Below are positions 24,601-37,614 of a stretch of 64,000 nucleotides of DNA, piece by piece. Positions within the stretch are counted from its first letter, which is position 1. Each line of letters begins with the position of its first letter. The notes beneath the pieces are model-generated. The model searched no databases, was not told the origin of the DNA, and saw only the letters and a program-made list of their open reading frames with translations. The position numbers and the translations under genes are program-made. The DNA is from Glycera tridactyla (Eukaryota): NCBI GenBank assembly GCA_965644265.1, contig OZ286460.1:25916001-25980000 (forward strand). The letters are read 5' to 3'.

Positions 24601-27600
24601 GTTTTATTGTATCATAGTTCGACGTAGTGCTCATCCAACCCTACGATGTCAAGGGTTGAGAAGCTTGTGCTATCCCCTCGAACCAACATCATAATTTCAT
24701 ATATTGTGAGTACTATAATTTGTCTCATGCTGAATATGGATTTGACTATTCTTTGAGAGGTCACCAATCTCTCAGAAACATCTTCAGTCTTTCCAATACA
24801 CCAGTCGGTTCTCCTGATTCCTTGTACCAGCAGTTCCAAAGACCCATTCATATTATTCGACCGAATGATGTTTGTCGCAGTGTGCCGTAGATGCAGCCCA
24901 TAGCTATTGGGGAGAAGGTAGGGACAGACCGAAGGGGGAGGAGATGCAGAAGGAGAGTGGGCAGACAGACAGAATGACAGGAACAGACAGAGAAATTCCC
25001 TTGTAGCAACACTCAGTGTTCCAATCAAATAGGGGCACGGGGTCCCCGCTCCTTATCCCCTCCTCCTCCCATTCCTTTTCCCTCTCCTTCCAGGCCAGAC
25101 CCTTCTTATCCCGCTCGTAAATCGGTCATCAAATGTGACATGAACGAAATGAACATCGGATTATGGTCAGATTATCAACACAAATGGTCGACTAATGAGA
25201 TTGACAGATATCCTGGTGGATGCCCTGCCATGGACACTCATATGTCAAACCACTATTTCTGCAATATTGGGGGGGGGGGGGGGGAGAGATCACTGTAGAT
25301 AGGTAGCTCATGGCAAATTATATCCCTTAGCAGGAAGGTGATCTATGGATATATGGGGGGGGGGGGGGGTCTTTAAAAAACGTTGTAGTGTTCATTACTT
25401 CGCAGTAAATTTATCTCGACGCCACATTAATCGGATTCATATTTGAGTGCAGTATACATATTTGAAGGCAAGAGGAATCTATAGACACAGGCACTATGAC
25501 AGGACTATTGGCTGGTACATTGTAATATGGATTCAAATGAAATAACCTGCATATGAAGGGAAGCCATGTGGTCCAGAATATGCATCATCACCTGTCATAT
25601 TCACTTGACACCAAATGTAAATCCAAGTTCTCTCCATATGCGAGCCTCTGATGGGCCTTGTACTTTATTTTGAAGCGTTGCCATCGGATATGACGTAGCT
25701 TCCTCGCCTTCTTTTCTCCTCACTGGTCTCCGCTCTAGGGAGTCAGCTGAGAAGATACCTTCACATATTTCTATTATCTGTGTAGGTAGCTGATGGCTTG
25801 CTTGTCTCAATACTGTAGCTATACACAAAGCAGGTACCCAGGTTCTGGGTTACTACGACCATGACAATGTTTACTAGGAAGTATGCATGCATAGAACAGG
25901 GAAGGATTACTGTTGAGCTGGCTTGAGGTTGACAGTTCGTTACTGAACTCTATGCTTACATATTCTCGGAATTTGCAGCATTCCCTTGTTTGGACACTGT
26001 GCTTTATGTATATAATGCAGTGTTTCAGATTTGGGAGAAAGCCTTCTGCCGGTCAATCAGTTGGCCATGCCATCTAAAGGCTTATTTGCATTATTGTATG
26101 TAGGCAGAGGCGTGCCTGAGGAGACAGCTACTTCTACCTGACAAGTTTTCTGATACCTATTATTTTGTTATCAGGACTAGTGACAATGATCACTGTGGTG
26201 AATAGAGCATCCATAAATCAGAAACACATAGCATGCATAATCTTTTGAATGTGTAAAGGTGTTGCTAGACAGACAAAAACTACCAACCAACCAACTAACC
26301 AACCAACCAAACAACCATAGCTCAGCATTAGCTCGTGATGTCAGAGGTAAGGTGGTGATGAGAGTGAGTGATGAAGATGAGGCGGCAGGAAGATGACAGA
26401 TGTGCTACAAGTGTCAGCATCCTCGGTCGTAGCATCTCTGTTGTGAATAACAACACCTGGGATGCTGCTCAACTCCCCCCATCCTAGTATCAAAGAACAC
26501 ACCACCTTATACTTCACACATCCAGTCCTCATAGGTTACCCGAGACCTCCCACATGCCAAAATAGAAGAGAGAGCCCCATGTGATCCATGTATTTATGTA
26601 TGTTCACGTGTCAACGATGGCAGTGAACAATATTCGCTGATCGCAGTCGAATATAGTTTTGAAGCATTTCTGAGCCTTTTGGAGGCTGTTGATTTCAACA
26701 AACTACCAGTCTTACATTGGATTTCATGAGAACGTTTGGGCTGCTCGAATTGAACAAACTATAGCACCTCCGTCATCAATGGCCTCCTGTCCGACTCTGT
26801 TGTGGTGGTTGGGACATCTGCGAAGCCCCCCTTTACTGTCCTGAAATGTAAGACACAGGCCACCCTGAATCATCAGACATGACAAAAGGGTATATATGCA
26901 ATGTGTAGCTGATCTATGAAAGCTGGATTTTCTGTCCCCTGCAGCAACCACTGCCATAAAGCCTAGACTAAGAAATGGTGATCCTTTACCGGTTCGAGTG
27001 TACCAGCTCGTTTGGGAATGATAGCTCATGTTCCTCAGTCATATGCCGAATGTATCTGATGCACGATGTCCAATGTATGAGAGGATGAAGAAGAGTCATC
27101 ACTGTGAAAAGCAAAATAGAATGGACGGTTCCGGGGATGTATTGAGAGTCTTCCCTTTGGTGGGCCAAATCTGACCGGGCCTTGCATTTTCTTCTGGTGA
27201 TCATGACATTAGCAACTAAGTTCGGAATCCAGTGCTACTGACTACGGTGGGAGTCCAAAACTATGTGTGCAAGTATCTATGTGAGTGTGCACTTTGAAGA
27301 TAGAGGCCAGCTTTCAAATAGAGTAGAGGGGCGTCTACAGTAAAGTGCCTCGAAATATTGATGACATTTCTGCGAGTTTCCTGTGAGTTTCCTCAGATAA
27401 GACCACCCATTAGGAATCCAGGAGGATTCTTGAATGATCCCTCCAGGGGAATATTGCAGGCGGGTGTCTCAATATAGTCTCCGTGGTGCTGACCAAATGA
27501 TAAACAACAAACAACCACACCAATCACTACTCCATTCAGGCCCGGCCATGACTACGGTCATTTGCAAGACTTGGAGTGACTTGTTTCCTTCCAGGCAAAT

Positions 27601-27812
27601 CAATCATTTGTCACCAACCACCTTCTTCACTAAGCTNNNNNNNNNNNNNNNNNNNNNNNNNNNNNNNNNNNNNNNNNNNNNNNNNNNNNNNNNNNNNNNN
27701 NNNNNNNNNNNNNNNNNNNNNNNNNNNNNNNNNNNNNNNNNNNNNNNNNNNNNNNNNNNNNNNNNNNNNNNNNNNNNNNNNNNNNNNNNNNNNNNNNNNN
27801 NNNNNNNNNNNN

Positions 27813-28156
27813 AGTGATATGATACATGGGCAACAGGTCCATGAAATGTGTCAAATGCGGGAGCCCAATTTTTGAGTTTCATACGGGGTTTGAACCCACA
27901 AGCCCTGAGTAAGTCATCCATCGCCAGCAACACCCCACAAAAGTTGGAGCTCAGCAAGCAGCTATGAGGCTAGCACTGGCAATGTGTCACCCCGAGCAGT
28001 CATGGAATCATGATATCCGGCACTGGCTGTTCATACACTTTGATCAATTTCATGTCAGTGACAAGATGCACGGGCAACAGGTCCATGAACTGTGTCAAAT
28101 GCCCAAGCCCAATTTTGGGGTTTCATACGGGGTTTGAACCTACGACCTCTGAGTCA
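27813..28156 (-). mobile_element. Two tandem tRNA-derived SINE-like heads (~244-bp spacing)
   Basis: Both copies read GGTTCAAACCCCGTATGAAAC (pol III B-box-like) followed by CATTTGACACA.TTCATGGACCTGTTGCCC on the minus strand. Confidence 0.45.
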
Positions 28157-28157
28157 C

Positions 28158-28223
<66 letters not shown>
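28157..28223. repeat. (AC)n microsatellite
   Basis: Directly visible. Confidence 0.95.
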
Positions 28224-28227
<4 letters not shown>

Positions 28228-28816
28228 GATCGAATTTGACGGGAACATCCCAAGATGGGAGAAGGTGCTGATAGAGCTGGGATTTGTGCTGGCCTTCGGT
28301 CTCATGGATCAATCCCACGTCATGCTCATCTCCTGTGCCGATACCTTGTATCTGGTTCCTTTCAATTATATGGGCGTGTGTGTAGGTGGACATTGTTATG
28401 TGACAAAGACATTGCTCGTGTCTGATTACGTCCAACAAATAGAATATTGGACAAATGTCTGGTACGGCATCCTCAATGCCAGGTATTTATACACCTCATT
28501 CCGTGCCATCCATCGTATATATAAATATGTATGTACATATATCTTGATTTGGTACGTGATGCTCGTGGAGGTGTGTATGGACAGACAGCTCTTTCTATTT
28601 GACAATACGGGTTTTCCTCACAAGCTGCTCTCTAGTCTTAGAGGGTGAAATGAGTGGCAATAATACTAGTTCCAGAGACGAGGATGAAAGCTTGCTTGTG
28701 TAATGCAGTCATGGATATCTCATCAAAATTGAGTGATCAAGAATGAGGGGTTTTAATCAATGACCTCCTGGTGAAATAGTTCTGACCCCTTGTAAAAATG
28801 TACTGAGGTCACTGAG

Positions 28817-29526
28817 GCATGGGCTGGGCCAACTGCTATCACCCTGCATATGATTACTGATCAAGCATTATCACAGGGGTCTTGTCCTGTCTGAAGCAAT
28901 TGCATGAGCCGGGCTAACTGCTACCACCCTGCATATGATTACTCATCAAGCAACATCACAGGGTCCTGTCCTGTCTGAAGGAGATGCATGGGCCAGGCTA
29001 ACTGCTATCAACCTGCATATGATTACACATCAAGCATTATCACAGGGGTCCTGTCCTGTCTGAAGGAGATGCATGGGCCGGGCTAACTGCTATCAACCTG
29101 CATATGATTACACATCAAGCATTATCACAGGGGTCCTGTCCTGTCTGAAGGAGATGCAGTGGCCGGGCTAACTGCTACCACCCTGCGTATGATTACTCAC
29201 CAAGCAACATCACAGGGGTCCTGTCCTGTCTGAAGGAGGGACATGGGTCGGGCTAACTGCTATCACCCTGCATATGATTACTCACCAAGCAACATCACAG
29301 GGGTCCTGTCCTGTCTGAAGGAAGGGCATTGGTCGGGCTAACTGCTATCACCCTGCATATGATTACTCACCAAGCAACATCACAGGGGTCCTGTCCTGTC
29401 TAAAGGAAGGGCATTGGTCGGGCTAACTGCTATCACCCTGCGTATGATCACTCACCAAGCAACATCCTGTCTGGAGGAGATGCATGGGCTGGGCTAACTG
29501 CTATCACCCTGCATATGGTTACTCAG
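28817..29526. repeat. 85-bp minisatellite, ~8.3 copies
   Basis: The AACTGCTA anchor recurs at 28831, 28916, 29000, 29085, 29170, 29255, 29340, 29425 and 29496. Spacing is 85 bp, with one 84-bp and one 71-bp unit. Confidence 0.95.
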
Positions 29527-31202
29527 CAAATATTCAGGAAAGTTGCTAATTGCAAACAAAAAATTCTGGTTCACTCTAGTACAATTATTCCCATATTCTG
29601 CATAATGGTGACTGGTTTTCTAATTGATGTGTTTGGAAGCTCTGTAGAGCCCATGAGTGACAGATCAATATAAAAATGAGATATAAATTATCACCCCTAT
29701 TTGTTACCATTGGTAGTGAGGAGGCCTCGCTGACGGAACTAGAATTATCAGGCTGTCTGGACATACCTGGAGCCCTGATGAGGCCGGGAAGAGGGTAGTG
29801 AGGAAAGCCCCTATTATCAGAATAAAGGGTGACATTCTTCATAGACTTTGAGAGCATGTCCTGATACAACTCACCCATGGTGCTGGCGATATATCGAGAC
29901 ACAAACAAAAATCATATTTCAACTATCAGAATGGGCTAAGCACTTTCAAATCAACACCTTTCACACCTGCGTCAGGCGGAGTGGTACAGTGGAGACATTC
30001 AAGACAGCCATCTCTGCCAACGAGTACCTCCTCAACACGTTGTTGAATCAGAACGCTGCATATTCAAAGTACTAAACATATTGGGACCCATCTGACCTGT
30101 GTGATAATCATGCATTCTTTCACGCTTGTATCCCTCACTCACTCATAGCCTAAGATGCCTGACTTCATCAGGACGGGCGATAATACAATCTATGAGCAGA
30201 TGATAGAAATGACGGATGGGGGCGTGGCAGGCGGCAATAGTCTGGTGCCCTACCAGGCTACGCCATGAATCATATCTGGGAGACGGGCACCCGTTCATTC
30301 TCACTGCATCTGCAGGAGAGACAAGTAGCATCGTCATCATCATCATCTTCGTCGGATCTTGAGTGATTTATGTCGGCTTGTTTATCCTGATTCGTTTTTC
30401 TATTTTCTACATGATTTATTTCATGATTTCACGGTCATCTGTCAACACACAATAGACTCGAGTTCATCAAGAATGCTGACTCACTCCTCGCATGTGTACC
30501 CACTACAATCTGATTACATCCCGGAGTAATCGATCCTCTTCTTGACCCTTTACTCCACGAATAAAGGTCCCGCCATTTCAGTTCTGTATATGTACTGCAA
30601 TGTATAGCTAAAACACTCTCTTTACGATTCACTTGGGAGAGTTCTTGGTTGTTTGGCTGAATTGATAAAAACATCGATTAGTCGGTTGGCTGAATTGATG
30701 ACATGCATCGAACCACGTGATTAGGTATTGATTGATTGATTGATAGACTTTATTTGTAAACGAGAATTACAATTAGCTGTTGAAAGAAATAGCCCTTTCC
30801 AGTACCTCGTTTTTGGGTTAGTCGCAGCAGCAACAGTTTGGTTAATGAATATTTATGCCATGTATTCCAGATCTATAAGCACTGGATACTCTGTCCCCCG
30901 CACAACCGTCACCCTTACACACTACTGGCAAAACAGACACACCTCTGCATACATCGAACAAAACTGATGAATCGCTATATGACATATCTGACTATGTGAC
31001 TGGCTGGGAGATGACACTCAAGCCTGATAGCGATTGTGCTCAACTTAGCGGTCGGATCGACGAAGAATGAATTGTGTGCGCTACAAGGCTTATTGTACAA
31101 AAAACCATGCATGTGACACAATCATATATCGGGTTTCTGAGTATACCCCTCCTCCTATCACCAGCATTCACACCTATGCACTCATCCACACGCGCACGCA
31201 CA

Positions 31203-31247
<45 letters not shown>

Positions 31248-31861
31248 GCACACACCACAAGCTGTATACTGCTTGCAATACAATTGAAACCAGTACCAGA
31301 GGAAAGAGATTACATACTACGGTATTTTATGTATGTATGATTCTTTATTTGCTAGTCTGCCTATGTCTGTGTCATGTTGGATACGTTGAAATAAAGATAA
31401 TTTGAATTTGAACTTGAATATATCAAGTAGAGGCGTGTCAGGCTGGCCATTATGGTTGAAAGTATCTATTCAGACACCAGGATGGATGCTGGCGCTGGAG
31501 TTATCTGGTCTTAATCTTCGGTGAATGCTTATAACGGTCTGTATAAGATGAAATGTACCTTCCTCAAATTCCAGTGAAGGAGTTCAAAAGTTGAAGAGCG
31601 AATGGATGAAGCCAATAATGAGCGGAAGAGGATTACATATGAGTGATGAAGTGTGCTACTTCCGTTGAACAGAGATTTCCGGTGTAGTAGGAAATGTGTC
31701 GTTCAGCGGGGATACAGGGTCATTTTGTCGGAAATTCGGGTGACACATGAAGTGGAATCACCGGGAGATCACTGCGTACAACCCACCAACTGACCCAAGT
31801 GTTACTCCTCAACTACACAACATTGTTTTCTTGCTTTTATCACAACAATATAAATTGATGT

Positions 31862-32797
31862 AAACAATTAATCAAGAAACTGGAAACGAAACTCACAACG
31901 AATGTAACGTTGCGGCTGGAACCTCCAGCCCTCGACTGACAATGAACTCTACGAGTTGTCACGTGAGAGGCGGCAGGGAACCCCTCGTAGCACCCGGCCC
32001 CAGCTCCTGCTTAGCGAGAAACGTAGCCCTCCTCTCTTGTTCAATGATGGATTCTACGTTCTTTTGTAGATAGCCTCCTTCCCTCCACGCTCAAACCACT
32101 TCTGCTCACTGTCCAGGATCACTACTTCAGAGTCATTGAATTGTAGTTTTGATGTGATGGAAGACCGCCGATTCTTGTGCCTCATTCGTGCTGGGTCTTC
32201 GATGTTGCTTGAGTCTCGATATGAGTGCCTGGTTGATCTCACCCACATATGATGCCCGGCACCCTTCCTCAGCACATTTGACACCATAGATCGATTCACA
32301 CTTCTTGGTCTTCTCAGTCTTGTCCTTCGGGTGGACAAGTTTCTGGCGTAGGGTATTGCAAGGCTTTTAGAGCACACCTCTGTACCCGACTGCTTAAATG
32401 TCTTTTTCAGCTTTTCAGACAGTTCTGGGACATAGGGTATGCTGATGATAGTGTCAGACCTGCTCCCTTTGGCATGTGCGACCTTATTCTTTTTTCCTTA
32501 TTCTGTTTCCTGATTTTAACCCTCTCAAAAGACCAATCCGGGTAGCCACACTTCTTCAAAGCTCCTTTTATGTGCTGTAACTCAGAGGACATAGACTCGT
32601 CGGAGCTGCACACAGTTCTGGCCCTACAGTTTTGGTGTTCCCCGCCGCCTCTCACGTGACAGCTCGTAGAGTTCATTGTCAGTCGAAGGCCGGTGGTTCC
32701 AGCCGCAACGTTACATTCGTTGTGAGTTTCATTTCCAGTTTCTTGATTTATTGTTTACATGAAATTCGGACTGGATGACTAATAACATTCATCAGCA
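31862..32797 (-). mobile_element. 5'-truncated Penelope-like element (RT thumb + GIY-YIG endonuclease) with inverted pLTRs and a 15-bp TSD
   Basis: Frameshifted minus-strand peptides RARTVCSSDE...ALKKCGYPDW and SEVVILDSEQKWFERGGKEAIY. 31858-31975 is the reverse complement of 32643-32760. AATATAAATTGATGT is directly repeated at 31847-31861 and 32798-32812. Confidence 0.85.
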
Positions 32798-33807
32798 AAT
32801 ATAAATTGATGTTGATTAGCAGGATGGTATCCGTCTATTTTCTTCCCACTAAATCCAGGTCTACATATATGACTCGCATCACGATTTCACATGAGGACAT
32901 GTGGGTTCAAATGTGAAATTATATGAATGAACGGGGATCACTAGCATACCCCGGCCAAACCACCGGTGAATGATGAGGCACATATTTGACTACACACGAG
33001 ATCTAATAGGTATCAGGCCGTATTCTATGAGCCTGACTGATTTCTTTGTCCCACTACAGTCAAACTTGCCCGAATGCTCATATCAAGGGGTGCAGCAAAA
33101 CTCAGAGACAGAGGTAGAAATGAGATATAGTGAAAGCACTCTGGGGGGATATACAGAAACCTGTTGTTTAGGGTAGGCTTTTGCTCAATACGAGAATTAC
33201 TCAGGGCAAACTTGCCTGTAGCACACCTTGTTGGAAGGCAAACTGCATGCCTTCGAACTTGAATATCTTAAACGTGGATTCACTTATTGGTAGGAATGCA
33301 TATGACCTGAAAGCGTATTCGAATTGACGAACATTCTGGCTTCCCACCATGTATTGGGGTTGAGAGTCATGCTTGCGGCCTACGAATCACAGAGCTGTCA
33401 TACATCTCAAAAACATCAGTAAAACGTTGAATCTATGAAAACTATGCATCATTATCTAATACTCAGTTTCTACCCACTGACTTGAATATTTTTCATCTAT
33501 TTAACTTGTTTGATCGGGAGAAATCTCATGTCGAGCTAATCACACGTTGTATTATTCGAAGAGTTTTAACTGGAATTGACATGTCTTAATTTGTCTTCAT
33601 GAACATATACAGGACGTCAATTAGGACGCGTATAGTCTTCCGTAGGAGCATGGATGCACCATCCCCCGTTGGAACTTATTCAAGCAATAGAGCAACTACA
33701 GTGGCATATCCAGGTCCATATCTGGTTGATACCATATTACTGGCAGCATGACTATCATGTGCTGTATTCTACCCGAGGATAATGATGTTATGGGTCAATG
33801 TGTCACT

Positions 33808-34010
33808 CCAATCCAATCACCTGACCGGAAGTGCACGATCACGTGATTAGAAAGCTAGCGCTTCTCACTTCCGCGCCATTTCCCATCTGTTCCAACTACC
33901 GCCATTTTCATTTCCTCTCTCCATGAAGCGAGAGCAGTCGATTTATACATGCCGCTGAGATCGGCCTCAGAACTCACTACTATAGGGAGGTGTTCATGCG
34001 CATGCGTGCA
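33808..34010 (-). promoter_or_regulatory. Housekeeping-type core promoter motif cluster
   Basis: Within ~200 bp of CpG-rich sequence: CCAAT (33808-33818), ETS CCGGAAGTG (33825-33833) and CACTTCCGC (33866-33874), E-box ATCACGTGAT (33838-33847), YY1-like GCGCCATTT and CCGCCATTTT (33873, 33899), NRF1-like TGCGCATGCG (33997). The strand is inferred from YY1 orientation only. Confidence 0.5.
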
Positions 34011-34366
34011 CATTCGGCTTCACTCTTGACATGCCATTGTGGGGGTGTTTTCTTAATGTTCATAAAAATGTTCAAATGTTAATTATGACTCCAATAAGTC
34101 ATTTCCATCTCATCTAGCTGATACCAAACATCATAGAAAGAAAACTTATAATACAAACCAGCATAAGATTACTACAAAATTTAGTATATCACAAAAACCA
34201 ATTCTCTATATCGAAATGATATTATATCCACAAGTGGAGGTCAAAGACCACAGCCACCCTATCGATACAAAAACTCACCTCATAGGTCAGAATTTATCAC
34301 ATGTCAAATCAATAGCATAATAAATGAATATACAACAATGCATTATTACAAAAATCGGACAAAACA

Positions 34367-35658
34367 TCATGTCAATATATTAGGAAGATATACTTTGAAT
34401 TCAAGACACAGTGCAAGATTGAATATATGAGTAAATGAAGGAATAAATGATGTAGCACTAGGGAGATGTGAACAAAAATGATTTTGCTTGCATTTCTGGT
34501 ACAGGGTATCCACCGATGCTATCATCTCACGTACCAGATTATGATAGGTGTTGTAGGGAAGATGGGATCGTATCAGTAGCAGCACTGAGCCAATCATCAC
34601 TCTGTGAATACTCAGCACATTGGTATGACTTCTGATATCTTCATATAAGGTTTTTGATGATAATCCAACATCTTGGTATTCAACACAGATGTCCATCCGC
34701 TGTTTGAAGGAGGATGGTGGTAGATTTTGCATCTCAACTGTGGTAGGTTTTGGATCTCAGATTCCGAGTGCCTCCACTGTCAAATTGACCAATCCAACTC
34801 TGTCAATGTCTTCAGCGTCTAGTAATATAATTTCAGCTGAGTCTACTCGTATATTTCTCCCTTGTGCACCAAAATACGTCGATCTCATGCTGTTTTTAGA
34901 GTGCGAGCGCCAGTCGTATCCCATTGCTTCACCTAGAGAAGATCAGTCGATAATATGAAAATAGTATCTCCATTTCTTCACGTAGGGGAGATCAGTCGAT
35001 GGTATGAAAATATGAGCGTATCCTTTTGAAGAGTATCAAATCAAATCAAATCAAACTTTATTTAAACTCGTATAGATTTGTACAATCTACCGCAATTTGC
35101 TCAAGGAGCATATTGAGGCGGCCACGAGTATGAGTACTTAACTCTATATCAAATGGTTAGTCATGACAGTAGGAGAATGTGAATTAAAGGTATCATCCTG
35201 CTTCATATTGAATGGAATTGAAGTAATCGGACTAGCAGAAACCAGGTTCGATTTTCGCTGGAAGTTTCGAACAATCCATTCGTGGCTTTGAAACTAAAGT
35301 CAGGTGGAAAATTGCGACCGGAGTGTCCTAAACGTTACCGTCGGATGGCAGTGTATATACCGAGCAAACTATACGCAATATCAATCAATCATCAATAAGT
35401 TGATATGATCAATTGCAATCAGTTATCTGTTTGGATCAATCAATCATCAGATGTAGAAGCATGAGCAACACTAACTAGGGTAGTCCTTGGGTGCATCATG
35501 GTTGCAATACGTCGCTGCCAACAGATGGTCAAAGGATATGCCGTTAGTATAGTGTATCTGTTTATAATCCACATAGTCTTCCTCAACAGGGCAGGGGATG
35601 TCACCGGTGCTGTGCTCTCTACATCGGAAACAAGAATGTCCTTGGTGAAACTCAACTT
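34367..35658 (-). pseudogene. Two phase-compatible exons (35658-35476 and 34932-34367) of an unidentified gene, with an in-frame TGA
   Basis: Exon A: acceptor GTTGGTTTCCCTATAG, 183 nt, donor GTTAGT. Exon B: acceptor TGATCTTCTCTAG. The phase-1 junction keeps the frame (...KDYP-S-EAMGYDW...). TGA at 34759-34757 is followed by 129 further sense codons. Confidence 0.4.
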
Positions 35659-36685
35659 CTATAGGGAAACCAACAGAAAGAACGAACGAACGAACGAACA
35701 AACAAGCCAGCCAATCAATCAATCACGCCGATCAGCCAACCAATGAACCACGAGCGTCCATTCAACGAATATCCGACAAACAAACCAACCAACTAACTGT
35801 CCAACCAATCAACTCATGATAGAGGAAACCAACCAGATGCCATCTGAACCAATCAATGAGAAAATCATTCAACCAACCTGTCCATACTTATATAAACTAA
35901 GAGAAGGCGGTGACAGCAAACTAAGGCTAGCACGAGATAAGATGGTGTCGGCATCAAGAGTCCATACGAGATTGAGTCATCCAAGTCTACATTAACAGCT
36001 TGCCAACGTCAGTACGTCGCCATCTCACGCCGCACAGATGGCCGTAAATGTGCTGCACGCCTCGTTCCAGGTGTCCTCCAAGGTTGCACTTTGTTCACAC
36101 TGATCTTCATCCTCTATATTTGATCTGCCGACTTACTCACACGCATGCACGCTCACGCACAGGCCAGGCATCAACGCACAGGAGGAGTCACAAACAGGTG
36201 CATAAACTCACTCATTCTGTTCTAATCATGTCAATGACATGATGCACAATCAATTGACCTATATCATATGTCAAATGCATAAGCACGATATCCGTTTTTA
36301 TGGAGATTGAGCCCAAGACCTCTGGGTGAAGCACCCTCTACTCGCAAGATACCACCAGCAACCCTAAATATCATGGTACCTGGCAGCAATAAAGTCTGGG
36401 CAGGTCTAGTACAGTTCCTTAACGTTATTAACAGACATCGAAGTATTTCAATGGACATGCAATATAGACGGCGAATGATATGAGCTGATAGATACAGGCA
36501 GGCAGACAGGTGGGCAGACAGACAGACAGGCTGGCTGGCTGGCCGACCGGCAGGCAGGCAGGTAGAGAGGCTGGCAGGCAGGCATGCAGGTAGATAGACC
36601 AGCAGGCAGGTATAGACAGGCAGGCAGGTGGGCAGGCAAGAAGATGACGACGGTAGAAAAGTGGCAGCGACGTTGGCAATAACGA

Positions 36686-36686
36686 A

Positions 36687-36733
<47 letters not shown>
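36686..36733. repeat. (GAT)n microsatellite
   Basis: Directly visible. Confidence 0.95.
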
Positions 36734-36734
<1 letters not shown>

Positions 36735-37611
36735 AATGCTTTTTGTCAGGTGTTGCACTCTCGTAATTGGTGTGAATAGCAATAGCGTCATAATAATCAT
36801 CATCAATTACAAGAGCTGGCTGTTCATGACTGATATAATCAGATTTGGAATCAAACCGGAAGTGATTATGCACAAATCACAGCTCCGCACTGATTGATAT
36901 GCAAGCCACAGACTGGTGGCCTCACAGAGACCAACATTAATACCATGATGCCTGTCAGTCTCTCTCCACTCCCGTCTGACCTACAGATGAATATTACATA
37001 TATGTACAAAGAATGTCGCACCAGTAAGAATCATATGAATGTGATTATCCAGTGAAACAAGATTCTAATAAACGATTCATTCATAGCAATCACGGGACAA
37101 CATTCTATTCATTGACATCGATTCAATGTGAACTATCCGTTGTTATACCTAAATGAACCATGTACCTTGATAATGCCACATTTACCGGAACTGGCCTTGA
37201 TAATAAGAAATGAACAGGTTGGGTGCCATTCAGCACATTGGACACATGTGCATGTCCTCATCCCGGCACACAAGGTATTGTAACAAAATTTGAATGCGGT
37301 CAATTTTGAATGAAGATAACGTTAGTTGTTGATTTCAGGTGGGCGTTAAAACCTCTCGTGAGATTTGGTTATGCATTTCAATATCCGCGCAGCTTTGATG
37401 CACCGCCGCGAGTACCCCTTCACCCCCGTCCACAGTTTTCCATATTTGATAAACGGCGCACGTCAGAATTTAGAATGAGACCTGGACATATTTTATCAGA
37501 ACTGATGACGCTTACACCATTTGTCACTTTGGTACAAATACTCTCGGGGATTCAGATATCTTAATCCAAATGTTTCGCCAAGTATGAGGCTGTAGTAAGA
37601 TACTGGATAGA

Positions 37612-37614
<3 letters not shown>

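Noticed and set aside
27813-28156. Possible tRNA genes
   Set aside because: Only a B-box-like motif is present and no cloverleaf can be formed, so they are treated as SINE heads.
29880-30350. Short LINE-like remnants (VRRSGTVETFKTAI; RTE-like tail with (CAT)n)
   Set aside because: They are too short and degraded to delimit or classify with confidence.
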